From an uncultured Gemmatimonadales bacterium (GTDB taxonomy: Bacteria; Gemmatimonadota; Gemmatimonadetes; Gemmatimonadales; Gemmatimonadaceae), in contig CAVPQB010000001.1 of NCBI GenBank assembly GCA_963707505.1, forward strand, positions 1 through 64,000: 64,000 nt of DNA, read 5' to 3'. Position numbers and translations under genes: made by a program. The notes beneath the pieces were generated by a model, which did no database searches, was not told the origin of the DNA, and saw only the letters and a list, made by a program, of their open reading frames with translations. How positions within the stretch are numbered: position 1 is the first letter of the stretch; every line of letters starts with the position of its first letter. This document shows positions 39,559 to 53,600 of the stretch, piece after piece.

Positions 39559-42270
39559 ATGACCGAAGCCGCTGCACGACTGAGCGCGAGTCTCGCTGAC
39601 CGATACACGATCGAGCGGGAACTCGGTGCAGGCGGCATGGCGACAGTGTATCTGGCCCACGACATCAAGCACGATCGAAATGTAGCGATAAAAGTATTGC
39701 GTCCCGAGCTCGCTGCCGTGATCGGTGCAGATCGCTTCCTGAGCGAGATCAGAACTACGGCCAATCTGCAGCATCCGCACATCCTGCCGCTGTTCGACTC
39801 CGGTGCGGCTGACGGATTTCTGTTCTACGTCATGCCGTTCATCGAGGGTGAATCGCTGCGTGATCGACTGAATCGTGAGAAGCAACTCCCGATCAACGAC
39901 TCCGTTCGCATAGCCACCGAAGTTGCAAGTGCACTCGATTACGCGCATCGGCACGGTGTCATCCACCGCGACATCAAGCCCGAGAACATCCTCCTGCACG
40001 ACGGTCGTGCGTTGGTGGCCGACTTCGGGATCGCGCTCGCCGCAAGCAAGGCAGGTGGAAGCCGCATGACCGAGACCGGCATGTCGCTCGGCACACCGCA
40101 GTACATGAGCCCCGAGCAGGCGATGGGCGAGCGCGACATCACGGCACGCTCGGACGTGTACGCTCTGGGTGCAGTGCTGTACGAGATGCTGCTCGGCGAG
40201 CCGCCGTTCACAGGGCCAACGGCACAGGCGGTAGTCGCGAAAGTGATGACGGAAAAGCCGTCCGATATCATTGCACGACGCGAACGTGTGCCGCTGCATG
40301 TTGAAGACGCCACCCTGACTGCGCTCGAGAAGCTTCCGGCCGATCGCTTTGCGACCGCGGCGCAGTTCGCCGACGCACTCAATGCACCGGCTGCCACGGG
40401 TGCGCGCACATCTGCACGCATCGCAAGCACCCTTCCCGCTGCGCCGTGGTGGCAGCGTCATGCAGCGCCGATCATCGCCGTGCTTGGCGCAGCCGCGGTC
40501 GTTGCAGTCGTTGCCGGTCTGATATCAACAAGGAAATCGTCAACGCCAGCCACAGCCGCGATCAACAGACTTGGCATCGAGCTCGATGCCGGTCGCACGT
40601 TGCAGGAGGCCGGCGGGAGCCGCCTGACATGGAGCCCCGATGGGCGCTCTTTCGTTTACGTTGGGTCAGGACCCCAGGGCACACCGCTACTGTATCTTCG
40701 CTCGCTCGACTCACTCGGAGCCACGCCGATCACCGGAACCGACGGGGCGACGTCGCCGTTCTTCTCTCCGGATGGCAAGTACGTCGCCTTCATCACGACG
40801 ACACCTTACTCGCTGCGCGTGGTTCCTATTACCGGCGGCGAGCCACGCGTCGTGGTGAACGATTCGGTTTCGGGTGGCGGTGGCGACTGGGCACCAGACG
40901 GCTACATCTACTTCGACGGCGCAACCACAATCTCGCGCGTCCATCCTGACGGAACGGGCCGCGAAGCGATAGCGACGCTCGATAGCCTGCGAAGTGAGAT
41001 CGGAGTCGCGTGGCCGCAGGAATTGCCGAACGGACGCGGCGTCATCTTCAGAGTGCGCCGTGCCAGTGACGACGTGGGACGCTACAGCATCGATGTAGTC
41101 GATCTGAAGACGCGTTCCCGCAAGGAACTGGTAAGGGCGACCATGGCCCGCTATGTCCCGTCAGGCCATCTTTTGTACGTACTGGCTGATGGGTCGCTCA
41201 TGGCGTCCCGTATCGACCTCGATCGGCTCGAGCTTACCGGAACACCAGCATCGATCGCACGAGGAGTTGCCATCGGAGCGTTTGGCGCCGCTGATCTCGC
41301 GCTTTCGGCTGACGGTTCGCTGCTCTATACGATCGGTGGTAGAGCCGCCGCGGTCGAGCCTGTATGGGTTGGACGCGACGGTGTTGCAACAAAGCTGGAC
41401 CCCGGATTTCCGGAAATCTTCGTCACTGGCGTCGCACTCTCTCCGGACGACTCTCGCCTTGCGCTCGACGTCCAGGTTTCCGCATCGGTCAATCGCACAG
41501 AAGACATATGGGTCGAGCAGCTCCCCTCAGGCCCCTTCTCCCGGCTCACCTCCGAAGGCGAGCAGAATCGGCGTCCATCCTGGTCGCACGATGGGCGCGA
41601 TGTGCTCTTTCTGTCGAGTCGACGCGGCCCACAGGGACTGTACCGGCAGCGCGCAGACGGCAGTACACCGGCGAAACTTGTCGCGTCAGTCGCCGGAGGA
41701 ATGGCTGAAGGCTTCGAATCTCCCGACGGTCGCTGGCTGGTGGAACGAACGGAGCTGAATACTCCGGGCACCCATGACATAATGGCGATGCAGCTCGGAG
41801 TCGACAGCACGTGGAAGCCGATTGTAGCGACACGCTTCCAGCAGCTCGCACCGGCACTCTCTCCCAACGGACGATGGCTCGCGTACAGCTCCGACGAAAC
41901 CGGACGCTCGGAGATCTATGTCTCACCCTTTCCGAACACGGGCGGCGGGAAAATTCAGGTGTCCACCGCGGGTGGATCGGTACCGCGGTGGGAGAGGAAA
42001 GGTGACGAGCTGTACTACATCAGCGCGAGCAATGATATGATGGCCGCACAGATCCGCGCATCGGCTGACTTTGCCGTGCTGGCGCAAAAGCGCCTCTTCT
42101 CCACAGTTGGATTCTCTGCCGCAACAGCACACGCCGATTACGACGTGACGGCAGACGGCCGGCGCTTCGTCATGCTTCGGCGGTACGCCTCCACCGGCAC
42201 CGAGGCTCCTGCGACGCATGTCGTTCTTGTGCAGAATCTTCTGGCGTATCTAAAAAAGGCGCTGCCGTGA
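39559..42270 (+). CDS. Ser/Thr kinase K4: kinase-TM-PD40/TolB beta-propeller
   Basis: Kinase motifs; TM IIAVLGAAAVVAVVAGLI; SPDG/SPNG repeats; ATG directly follows the K3 stop. Confidence 0.93.
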   Translation: MTEAAARLSASLADRYTIERELGAGGMATVYLAHDIKHDRNVAIKVLRPELAAVIGADRFLSEIRTTANLQHPHILPLFDSGAADGFLFYVMPFIEGESLRDRLNREKQLPINDSVRIATEVASALDYAHRHGVIHRDIKPENILLHDGRALVADFGIALAASKAGGSRMTETGMSLGTPQYMSPEQAMGERDITARSDVYALGAVLYEMLLGEPPFTGPTAQAVVAKVMTEKPSDIIARRERVPLHVEDATLTALEKLPADRFATAAQFADALNAPAATGARTSARIASTLPAAPWWQRHAAPIIAVLGAAAVVAVVAGLISTRKSSTPATAAINRLGIELDAGRTLQEAGGSRLTWSPDGRSFVYVGSGPQGTPLLYLRSLDSLGATPITGTDGATSPFFSPDGKYVAFITTTPYSLRVVPITGGEPRVVVNDSVSGGGGDWAPDGYIYFDGATTISRVHPDGTGREAIATLDSLRSEIGVAWPQELPNGRGVIFRVRRASDDVGRYSIDVVDLKTRSRKELVRATMARYVPSGHLLYVLADGSLMASRIDLDRLELTGTPASIARGVAIGAFGAADLALSADGSLLYTIGGRAAAVEPVWVGRDGVATKLDPGFPEIFVTGVALSPDDSRLALDVQVSASVNRTEDIWVEQLPSGPFSRLTSEGEQNRRPSWSHDGRDVLFLSSRRGPQGLYRQRADGSTPAKLVASVAGGMAEGFESPDGRWLVERTELNTPGTHDIMAMQLGVDSTWKPIVATRFQQLAPALSPNGRWLAYSSDETGRSEIYVSPFPNTGGGKIQVSTAGGSVPRWERKGDELYYISASNDMMAAQIRASADFAVLAQKRLFSTVGFSAATAHADYDVTADGRRFVMLRRYASTGTEAPATHVVLVQNLLAYLKKALP

Positions 42271-44514
42271 GCGAGGTAAACGCAGGGCTCGCTGCATCGC
42301 TTGCCGGCCGCTACCGTATCGAGCGCGAGCTCGGCGCGGGCGGCATGGCCACAGTTTATCTCGCGCATGACGTCAGGCACGATCGCAGTGTCGCGATCAA
42401 GGTGCTGCGTTCCGACATCGCACAGACCATCGGAGCAGATCGCTTCCTGCGCGAGATACAGCTCGCCGCAAAGCTGAACCATCCCAACATACTCGCACTC
42501 TTCGACTCCGGCCACGCAGGTGATGCACTGTTCTACGTGATGCCTGCGGTGGAAGGACAGTCGCTGCGCGAGCGTATGACACGTCACAGAATGCTCCCGG
42601 TCGATGAAGCGGTGCGCATTGCAATCGAAGTAGCAGGCGCGCTCGATTACGCTCATCGCCACGGCGTGGTGCACCGCGACATCAAGCCCGAGAACATTCT
42701 CTTCCAGGAAGGTCACGCGCTCGTCGCCGACTTCGGAATCGGCAAGGCGTTGAGCGCAGTCGAAGGTGAAACGTTCACTCAGACTGGTGCAAGTGTCGGC
42801 ACTCCGGCATACATGAGTCCGGAGCAGGCCGCTGGCGACAGCGTCGATGGCAGAAGCGACATCTACTCGCTGGGCTGCGTGCTGTACGAGATGCTCGTCG
42901 GCGAGCAACCTTTCACCGGCCCCACAGTACAGGCGGTGATCGCCAAGCGCTTCGTGCAGACACCAGTCGATGTCGCGGCTTTGCGTGATGGCGTACCCCG
43001 CCCTGTCGCACGTGCCCTGCAACGCGCGCTCGCACGCATACCCATCGACCGCTACGAAACCGGAGCTCTCTTCGTTACGTCACTCAGCGAGATCGAAGCT
43101 GCTGTCGCCGAAGAACGCTGCGCCGGAGAAATCGCTCGCAGTATTGCCATTCGTCAACATGAGTGCTGACCCCGAGAACGAATTCTTCGCCGATGGAATA
43201 ACAGAAGAGATCCTCAACGCACTCGCGACCATTCCCGACCTGCGCGTCGCAGGTCGTACGTCGTCGTTCTCATTCAAGGGCAAGAACGTCGACCTCAAAT
43301 CGATCGGCGAGCAGCTCAACGTGCGAACGGTGCTGGAAGGCTCTGTGCGTCGCTCTGGAAAGCGGGTGCGAATCACTGCGCAGCTGAGCGACGTCGCCGA
43401 CGGATTCCGCATGTGGTCGGAGCGGTACGACCGGGAGATCGAGGACGTCTTCGCCGTACAGGACGAGATTGCATCGGCGATTGCAGAGAAGATGAAAACC
43501 AGCCTGCAACCGGTTAACGACAGCGAGGGTGCAGAACGCGCTCCGGGCAACATCGAAGCATACGAAGCGTACCTCAAGGGACGCGCACTCTTCTACCGTC
43601 GCGGTAGAGGAATGTACGATGGACTCAAGCTCATGCAGCGCGCGCTGGAGCTCGACCCCGAGTACGCGCTGGCGTGGGCCGGCCTCGCGGACGGTTACTC
43701 GATGCTCGGCTACTTCGGAATGCTCTCACCGGAATCGGCGTCGGGACCCGCGCACGAAGCCGCCGCCAATGCACTCAGATTTGGGCCAGGGCTCGCCGAG
43801 TCGCACAGCGCCGCGGCGCAGGTCGCGCTGTTGTTCGACTGGGACTGGGTGCAGACCGAGCTGTCGTTCCGTCGCGCACGGGAGATCAATCCGGCGTACG
43901 CTCAGGCCGCAGCGTGGTACGCGCTGTTCTTCCTCGGCTTCGTGGGTTGGCGCTGGGATGAGGCGATCGCGGTTGCGCGCGAGCTGCATAGTGGCGAGCC
44001 ACTTTCTGCTTATGTAACCAGTATCATGGGATTCTGCTACAGCTTCGGCGCACATCCGGATGAAGGCCTCGAGTGGGCGATGCGAGCATTGCCGCTCGAC
44101 CCTACTGCGTTCATCACACTCTGGTCGCTTCAGTTCGCGCAGTACTATGCACATCAGTACGAAGCCTCGATCGCCACTGGCGATGTATTACTCGCCGCGT
44201 CCGGCCGCCATCCGTGGGCGCTGTTGTTCTCCGTGCTGGCATCGGTCGAATACGGCGATATCCCGGGCGCCCGCGCGATCGTGGCAGAGATGGAGGCGCG
44301 GTCGGCGCGGGAATACATCAGTCCGTTCCACCGCGGGTATGCCGCCGTGCTAATCGGCGACGAGAGCGCCGCAAATAAGCTTCTGCGCGAAGCGGCGGCG
44401 AGGCGTGACCCCGGTATCCCGGTCTTCTGCCGCCTTGCGGGCGAAGTTCCGGCGATGAGCAAACTCCCAGCGTATCAGGAATTATTGCGCGCGCTGCGTC
44501 TACCGGGCCTCTAG
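42267..44514 (+). pseudogene. Ser/Thr kinase K5: kinase-TolB_N-like-TPR without TM, frameshifted near 43105
   Basis: Kinase ORF 42267-43169 joins ORF 42970-44514 (EKSLAVLPFVNMSADPENEFFADGITEE, TPRs) if one base is removed; GTGA overlap with K4. Confidence 0.85.
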
Positions 44515-44542
44515 TCGGCTATTACACGACGCCACAGATCCT

Positions 44543-44935
44543 ATGACGCCTCGCATCCGCATCTTCATAACCGCGATCATCGCCATCGTCGCATTCGACG
44601 CACTCGCAGCGGTCGCCTCCCGCGCAACCGGCTTCCCATATTTTTGGGCGAGCTTCGGATCGTGGATTCTCTACATCGGAATCGGCTACTTTGCCGGCGG
44701 AGCAATGCCGGAATCGCCGATACGCGTGGCCACCATCACTGGTCTTGTATCAGGAATCGCGGACGCGTCACTCGGCTGGGCGACGTCATGGGTCATCGGC
44801 CCAGGTAAAGTCGCAGGCGGAATTACAGCCGCGCAGTGGCTCTTCACAGCGATTTTCGTCGCTGCTCTGGCCACCGGATTCGCGGCACTCGGCGGCGTCA
44901 TCGCACGTGCGAGGCGCGGATCACGGTTGTCGTAA
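44543..44935 (+). CDS. hypothetical four-TM membrane protein
   Basis: 130 aa with four hydrophobic segments; 28 bp after the K5 stop. Confidence 0.75.
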   Translation: MTPRIRIFITAIIAIVAFDALAAVASRATGFPYFWASFGSWILYIGIGYFAGGAMPESPIRVATITGLVSGIADASLGWATSWVIGPGKVAGGITAAQWLFTAIFVAALATGFAALGGVIARARRGSRLS

Positions 44936-45045
44936 CGCGAGATCGCCTGACCGATCTCGCGCCACACGGCCGTAACCCGTATAATCTGAACGAGCCCCTC
45001 GCTCGTTCCACATCTCGTTCCACGCAGCACTCCAACATTCCGTAA

Positions 45046-47088
45046 ATGCGAGTTTTCTCCCGCTACATCTCGACGTCAGCCAGCGTCGCCTCGCTCGCGA
45101 CCGCAGCTCTGTTCGCGCTCGTACCTCTCGCCGCTCATGCACAGCGCGCCGCGAGACCCAGAACCGCGCAACCGCGCCAGGCCGAAGATCCGCGCAATTC
45201 GCAGACGGAAAAGCCGCCGCTCCACGCCACTCACTGGCTCGCGATTACCGGTAAGCCGCTCTCCGCTACCGCTGGCGCGCTGATCTTCGCTCAGGGCGGC
45301 AACGCCGTCGACGCCGCAGCCGCGATGCTCGCTGCAGGTTGCACAATGTGGGACACGCTGTCGTGCGGTGGCGAGACACAGGCGCTCATATACAACCCGC
45401 ATACCAAAAAGGTGATCGGCATCGACGCACTCGGCGTCGCACCCACCGGCGCCACCGCAGAATACTATCACTCGAAAGGTTATAGATTCCCGCCCGAGTA
45501 CGGACCACTCGCCGCGGTTACGCCGGGCACAGTCGGCGGATTGCTCACCATGGTCGCCGAATACGGCAAGCTATCTCTCAAGCAGGTGCTGGCACCTGCA
45601 ATTCAGATGGCCGACGGCTATGCGATGGAGGCACAACTCTCCAACACCATCGAGCACTATCGCGACACCATCATGCAGTGGAAGTATTCGAGTGCCGTGA
45701 TGCTCACACATCCGGGTACCGCGCATCCGGCGCCAGAGCCCGGCGAGATCTTCAGACAGAAGGATCTCGCAGTCACGTGGCGCAAGCTCGTCGACACGGA
45801 GCAGCAAGCGCTGAAGCAGGGCAAGACGCGCAAGCAGGCGATCTATGCCGCGTACGACCGTTTCTACAAGGGTGACATCGCGGAAGAGATGGTGCGCGGC
45901 GTGCGCGAGGAGGGCGGACTCTTCACGATGCAGGATCTTGCCAACTGGAAGGTGCGCATCGAGGAGCCGCTGCACACGAATTACAAGGGCATCGAGGTGT
46001 ACAAGCTACCAATCTGGCAGCAGGGGCCCGCCATGCTCCAGGCTCTCAACATGCTCGAGAACACCGACGTCAGGAGCATGGGCTACAACTCGCCGAGGTA
46101 CATCAACACGCTGTACCAGACCATGAGTCTCGCATTCGCGGATCGCGACTTCTATTACGGCGATCCGTACTTCCCTCCTGAAGAACCGGTAAAGGGATTG
46201 ATGTCCAAGGCGTACGCAAAGGCGCGATTCGCCGAGATCGATACGACGAAGAACAACCCGAACGTCAAGCCCGGCGATCCGTATCCGTATCAGGGTGGAA
46301 CGAATCCATTCAAGACCCTGTTGGCGCAGTGGAATCCCGCCGACTTTTCACCCGCGAAGATGCAACCGCGAAGCGGCCAGCAGGACAAGACGCCGACGAA
46401 GGCAGACACGACAACTGAAAGCATCGCGAATGCATCAGGCGGCGCACTGGAATTCCTCCCCGACAATGCAACGCGTGCGGACTCAGCATTTACGAAGGAC
46501 TTCTACGCAGGCACCACATCCATCGAAGCATCCGATGCAGAAGGCTGGGTCGTATCGGTGACGCCAAGCGGCGGTTGGGTACCGGCCGTGATCGCAGGAC
46601 GAACTGGAATTGGTCTGAGCGAGCGCGCGCAGAGCTTCGTAACCGATGCGAAGGACGGACCGTTCAACGTGATCGAGCCCGGCAAGCGGCCACGTGTGAC
46701 GCTGACTCCTACGCTCGCATTGAAGGATGGCGCACCGTATCTCGCGTTCGCTGTGCAGGGTGGCGATTCGCAGGATCAGAATCTGCTGCAGTTCTTCCTC
46801 AACGTCGTCGAATTCGGGATGACCGTCCAGGAGGCAACCGAAGCACCGAACTTCAACAGCTATCAGATGCGGTCGTCGTTCGGCATGCACGAGCTGGAGC
46901 CGGGGAGGATGCTCGTCGCGACCTCGCTGCCCGATTCAACGCGTGACGCGCTCACACGAATGGGATACAAGCTCGAGTTCGCACAACGAACCTCGGGTCC
47001 CATCAACGCGATTTTCTTCGATGCGCAGCACCACAGCATGTGGGGCGGATCGAGCAATCATGGCGAGGATTACGGGATAGCCTGGTAA
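45046..47088 (+). CDS. ggt: gamma-glutamyltransferase family Ntn-hydrolase, secreted
   Basis: Signal peptide; GGNAVDAA, FYKGDIA, LAFADRD, G/TTS autocleavage Thr, PGKRPRVTLTP, GGDSQDQ; TATAAT at 44980-44985. Confidence 0.9.
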   Translation: MRVFSRYISTSASVASLATAALFALVPLAAHAQRAARPRTAQPRQAEDPRNSQTEKPPLHATHWLAITGKPLSATAGALIFAQGGNAVDAAAAMLAAGCTMWDTLSCGGETQALIYNPHTKKVIGIDALGVAPTGATAEYYHSKGYRFPPEYGPLAAVTPGTVGGLLTMVAEYGKLSLKQVLAPAIQMADGYAMEAQLSNTIEHYRDTIMQWKYSSAVMLTHPGTAHPAPEPGEIFRQKDLAVTWRKLVDTEQQALKQGKTRKQAIYAAYDRFYKGDIAEEMVRGVREEGGLFTMQDLANWKVRIEEPLHTNYKGIEVYKLPIWQQGPAMLQALNMLENTDVRSMGYNSPRYINTLYQTMSLAFADRDFYYGDPYFPPEEPVKGLMSKAYAKARFAEIDTTKNNPNVKPGDPYPYQGGTNPFKTLLAQWNPADFSPAKMQPRSGQQDKTPTKADTTTESIANASGGALEFLPDNATRADSAFTKDFYAGTTSIEASDAEGWVVSVTPSGGWVPAVIAGRTGIGLSERAQSFVTDAKDGPFNVIEPGKRPRVTLTPTLALKDGAPYLAFAVQGGDSQDQNLLQFFLNVVEFGMTVQEATEAPNFNSYQMRSSFGMHELEPGRMLVATSLPDSTRDALTRMGYKLEFAQRTSGPINAIFFDAQHHSMWGGSSNHGEDYGIAW

Positions 47089-47265
47089 CGCTGACTCACG
47101 GCACTGACCCCGCGTTGGACAACTGCCCAGCGCCCCGGTACCTTTGTTCCCCTGGGCAGGCGACAAGCAGGCTGTCATCAACTTCCGGGAACCCGTGCCG
47201 GCCAATCCGTCGGACAGTTCGTCGTTAGCAGCGTCCGTTAGCAACGCCCATCTCGCGGGCCGCCA

Positions 47266-49926
<2,661 letters not shown>

Positions 49927-50051
49927 TCCGCGATCGGACGATCGGCGACACAGTCAGCACGAGACGCTAGCGCGAAGCGACGGATCGAAGTATTCCTTGG
50001 AGCTGCACCACCGACACAGCTGCGTTCCCGCTCCGCTCCCATCGCGCACTA

Positions 50052-50636
50052 ATGGCTCTCAAGAAATCCGAACTTTATAGCTCCATCTGGCAAAGCTGCG
50101 ACGAGCTGCGTGGAGGGATGGATGCAAGCCAGTACAAGGATTACGTCTTCGTTCTGCTCTTCATCAAGTACGTCAGCGACAAGTACGCCGGCCAGCCTTA
50201 CGCGGCGATCGTCGTCCCGAAAGGTGCGAGCTTCAAGGACATGGTCGCGCTCAAGGGCCGAAGCGACATAAGGGCCAGAAGGGACGCTATCATGGCACAG
50301 TGGTATCGAGACCAGCTCAAGGCCGCGATTCCTTCCATACTCTCACGATGGCAGCCGCTGATGGGCGTGGAAGTGGAGCGATTCTTCGTGCAGCGAATGA
50401 AAACCATGTGGGGAAGCTGCAACCATAACGCGCGCACGATTCGCTTGAACGCTGAGCTTGCCCGGAAGCCCGCCGCGTGTCTGGAATACATAGTGGTTCA
50501 CGAGCTGGCACATCTGATCGAGCCGACCCACAACGCCCGATTCATCGCGTTAATGGATGGATTGATGCCGAAGTGGCGATCTCACCGTGACGTACTCAAC
50601 CGTCTTCCCATCCGGCAAGACACCTGGAGTTATTGA
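50052..50636 (+). CDS. chimeric HsdM N-terminus::YgjP/M48(DUF45)-like C-terminus (type I R-M operon deletion scar)
   Basis: aa 1-73 MALKKSELYSSIWQSCDELRGGMDASQYKDYV...LKGRSDI resemble HsdM_N; aa 74-194 WYRDQLK...MKTMWGSC...IRLNAEL...LEYIVVHELAHL...HNARF resemble YgjP-like HExxH proteins. Confidence 0.82.
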   Translation: MALKKSELYSSIWQSCDELRGGMDASQYKDYVFVLLFIKYVSDKYAGQPYAAIVVPKGASFKDMVALKGRSDIRARRDAIMAQWYRDQLKAAIPSILSRWQPLMGVEVERFFVQRMKTMWGSCNHNARTIRLNAELARKPAACLEYIVVHELAHLIEPTHNARFIALMDGLMPKWRSHRDVLNRLPIRQDTWSY

Positions 50637-53600
50637 TGCGAGCTCGCCCCAGTTCTATCGCGACGGCAACTGTAACAGCCGTCGCGTTGCTTCTCCTCGC
50701 CGCGCCTTCAAATCTTGCCGCGCAAGCTCACAATGCGCAGGAGCCCACCGCGCGCGCACCCGGCGCCGTCTCGTTCGACTCCGCGCATTTCGGCGGACTG
50801 CACTGGCGAAGTATCGGACCGTATCGCGGCGGCCGCGTCACAACGGTTGTTGGTGTTCCGACACAGCCGCTCACTTACTACATGGGCGCAACCGGTGGCG
50901 GCATATGGAAGACCAACGATGCTGGTAACTCCTGGCAGAACATCTCCGACGGAAAGCTTCACACCGGCTCCGTGGGATCGCTCGCAGTTGCCGCGAGCGA
51001 TCCGAACGTCATCTACGCGGGCATGGGCGAACGCGAGCCTCGCGGTCAGTCGTCGACGTGGGGCGACGGCGTCTACAGATCCACCGATGCAGGAAAGACC
51101 TGGGTCTCGCGCGGTCTCGAAAACACCAGATCGATCGCGCAGATCGTAATCGATCCGCACAATCCAGACATCGTTATCGCTGCAGCGGAGGGAAGCCGGT
51201 GGACACCCGGACCCGATCGTGGCATTTACAAGACGACCAACGGTGGGGCAAGCTGGAAGCTGGTCCTTCATACCGGCGACAGTGTTTCTGCGATCGACGT
51301 GAGCATGGATCCGTCCAATCCCCGTATTCTGTACGCCGCGATGTGGGATTTTCAGCGGCTACCGTGGCAGATCCGGAGCGGCGGACCCGGCAGCGCGATC
51401 TACAAGAGCACAGATGGTGGCGACACGTGGACCAGGCTCAGTGGCCATGGACTTCCCGCTGGAATAGTGGGCCGCATCGGCGTTGCCGTGTCACCCGCGA
51501 ATCCGAATCGCGTTTACGCGATCATCGAAGCCGCTGCAGACACCGGTGGCCTGTATCGCTCCGACGACGCGGGCGAGAGCTGGCATCATCTGTCCGCGGA
51601 GCGGCTGATTCGCTCGCGTGCGTGGTACTACACGCGCATCACCGCAGATCCGCAGGATGAGAACGTCGTCTATGTAATGAATGCTCCAGTAGTGAAATCG
51701 ATCGACGGCGGCAAGAGCTTTCAGGTTCTGCCTGCAAAGCACGGTGACAATCACGACCTGTGGATCAATCCGTTGAATCACAACGACATGATCAACGGCA
51801 ACGACGGCGGCGCGGCGATCACTCTCGACGGCGGCAAGACGTGGTCGTCACAGGACAACCAGCCGACGGGACAGATCTACCGCGTGAATACCGACGGCCA
51901 GTATCCGTACTGGGTATACGGCTCACAGCAGGACAACACGTCGGTAGCGATCGCAAGCGCGACAGCGCATGGTGGCATTACGACTTCCGACTGGTATCCC
52001 GTAGGCGGCTGCGAGAGCTCGCACATCGCATTCGATCCAGCCGATCCACGTTATCTGTACGCAGGATGCTATCAGGGTGCGATAAGCGAGTTCGACCGCG
52101 TCACGCAGCAGCAGCGAAGTGTCATGGAATATCCATCACTTGGCCTCTCCACATCGCCGGAGACGCAGAAGTATCGATTCAACTGGAGCGCACCGATCGC
52201 CACCTCGCCACTGGCGCGCAACATCATCTATCACGGCGGCAACGTTCTGTTCAGATCGAGCGACCGCGGCCAGAACTGGACCGCGATAAGCCCCGACCTG
52301 ACCCGTAACGAAAAGGCGCACCAGGGTCCTGGCGGCGCGCCGATCACCAACGAAGGCGCGGGTGGCGAGGTTTACAACACTATCTACTACATCGCACCGT
52401 CGCCCCGCGACACGAACACCATCTGGGTCGGCACCGACGATGGTCTGGTGCAGCTCACACGCGATGGTGGCCACAGCTGGACGAATGTCACACCGAAAGG
52501 ACTTCGGCCGGGCTTTGTAAACGCGATCGAGATATCACCGTTCGACGCCGGCACGGCGTACATGACGTACGATGGCTACAAGTGGAGCGACTGGTCTCCG
52601 CAGATCTACAGAACTACTGACTACGGCCGTACGTGGACCAAGCTCGTGAGCGGCATCCGCGATGGCGATCAGGTGCGCGTCGTGCGCGCGGACCCCGTGC
52701 GCCGCGGTCTGCTTTACGCCGGTACGGAGACTGGAGCATACGTCTCGTTCGACGATGGTCAGAAATGGGAAAGCCTGCAGGCCAATCTTCCCGTGGTCCC
52801 GGTCACCGATCTTCAGATTCGCAATGGCGATCTCGTTGCGTCCACCGAGGGACGCGCATTCTGGATCATGGACGACATCTCGCCTCTCCAGCAGCACGCT
52901 GAATCGATCCCTGCAAACGAATCACGCATCTTCAATCCACGGCCCGCGTACCTCACGCGTTGGGGATCGACCAACGCGCCGGACGCCGGTGCCAATCCGC
53001 CGAGCGGCGCAATCATCTATTACGACATCGCCGCCGGAACCGATTCGACAAAGGTGAAGCTCGAGCTGGTCGACGCAGCTGGTGCGACAGTTCGCACGTT
53101 CACGAGCAAGCCCAAGCCGACCGACGTCAACAGCGTCATTTCCGGCAAGCCCGGAATGCACCGCATGGTGTGGGACCTTCAAGCCTCGCAACTGGATGCA
53201 CCGAAGGGACTCACATTTTTCGGATCGATTTCGGGACCAGTCGTCGCGCCGGGCCAGTACACCGTGCGACTTACCGCAAACGGAAAGACGCTCACGGCTC
53301 CGCTTGATGTGCTACAGGACCCGCGCGTGCATCTCACCGCCGCGCAGTTCGCCGAACAGAGTCAGACGATGCGCGTCATCACCGATCGCGCTAACGCGAT
53401 CTTCCGCGATGCAAAGCGTCTCAATGACGTACGCGATCAGGTCAAGACAATCGTAGCGCACGCTGGTGATCTTCCGGACAGCGCGCAGGTGTCGTCCACA
53501 GGCAAGCACCTCGCAGCGCGGCTCGACTCACTCAGCATCGAGCTCGTGCAGCCACAGCACACCAACGGCCAGGACATCATCGGCTTCCCAAATGGCGTTG

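Noticed and set aside
43080..43170. Programmed ribosomal frameshift in K5
   Set aside because: No slippery heptamer or homopolymer, and similar isolated insertions elsewhere point to error
45002..45023. CTCGTTCCAC direct repeat in the ggt leader
   Set aside because: Two copies only and no supporting regulator; too weak to call
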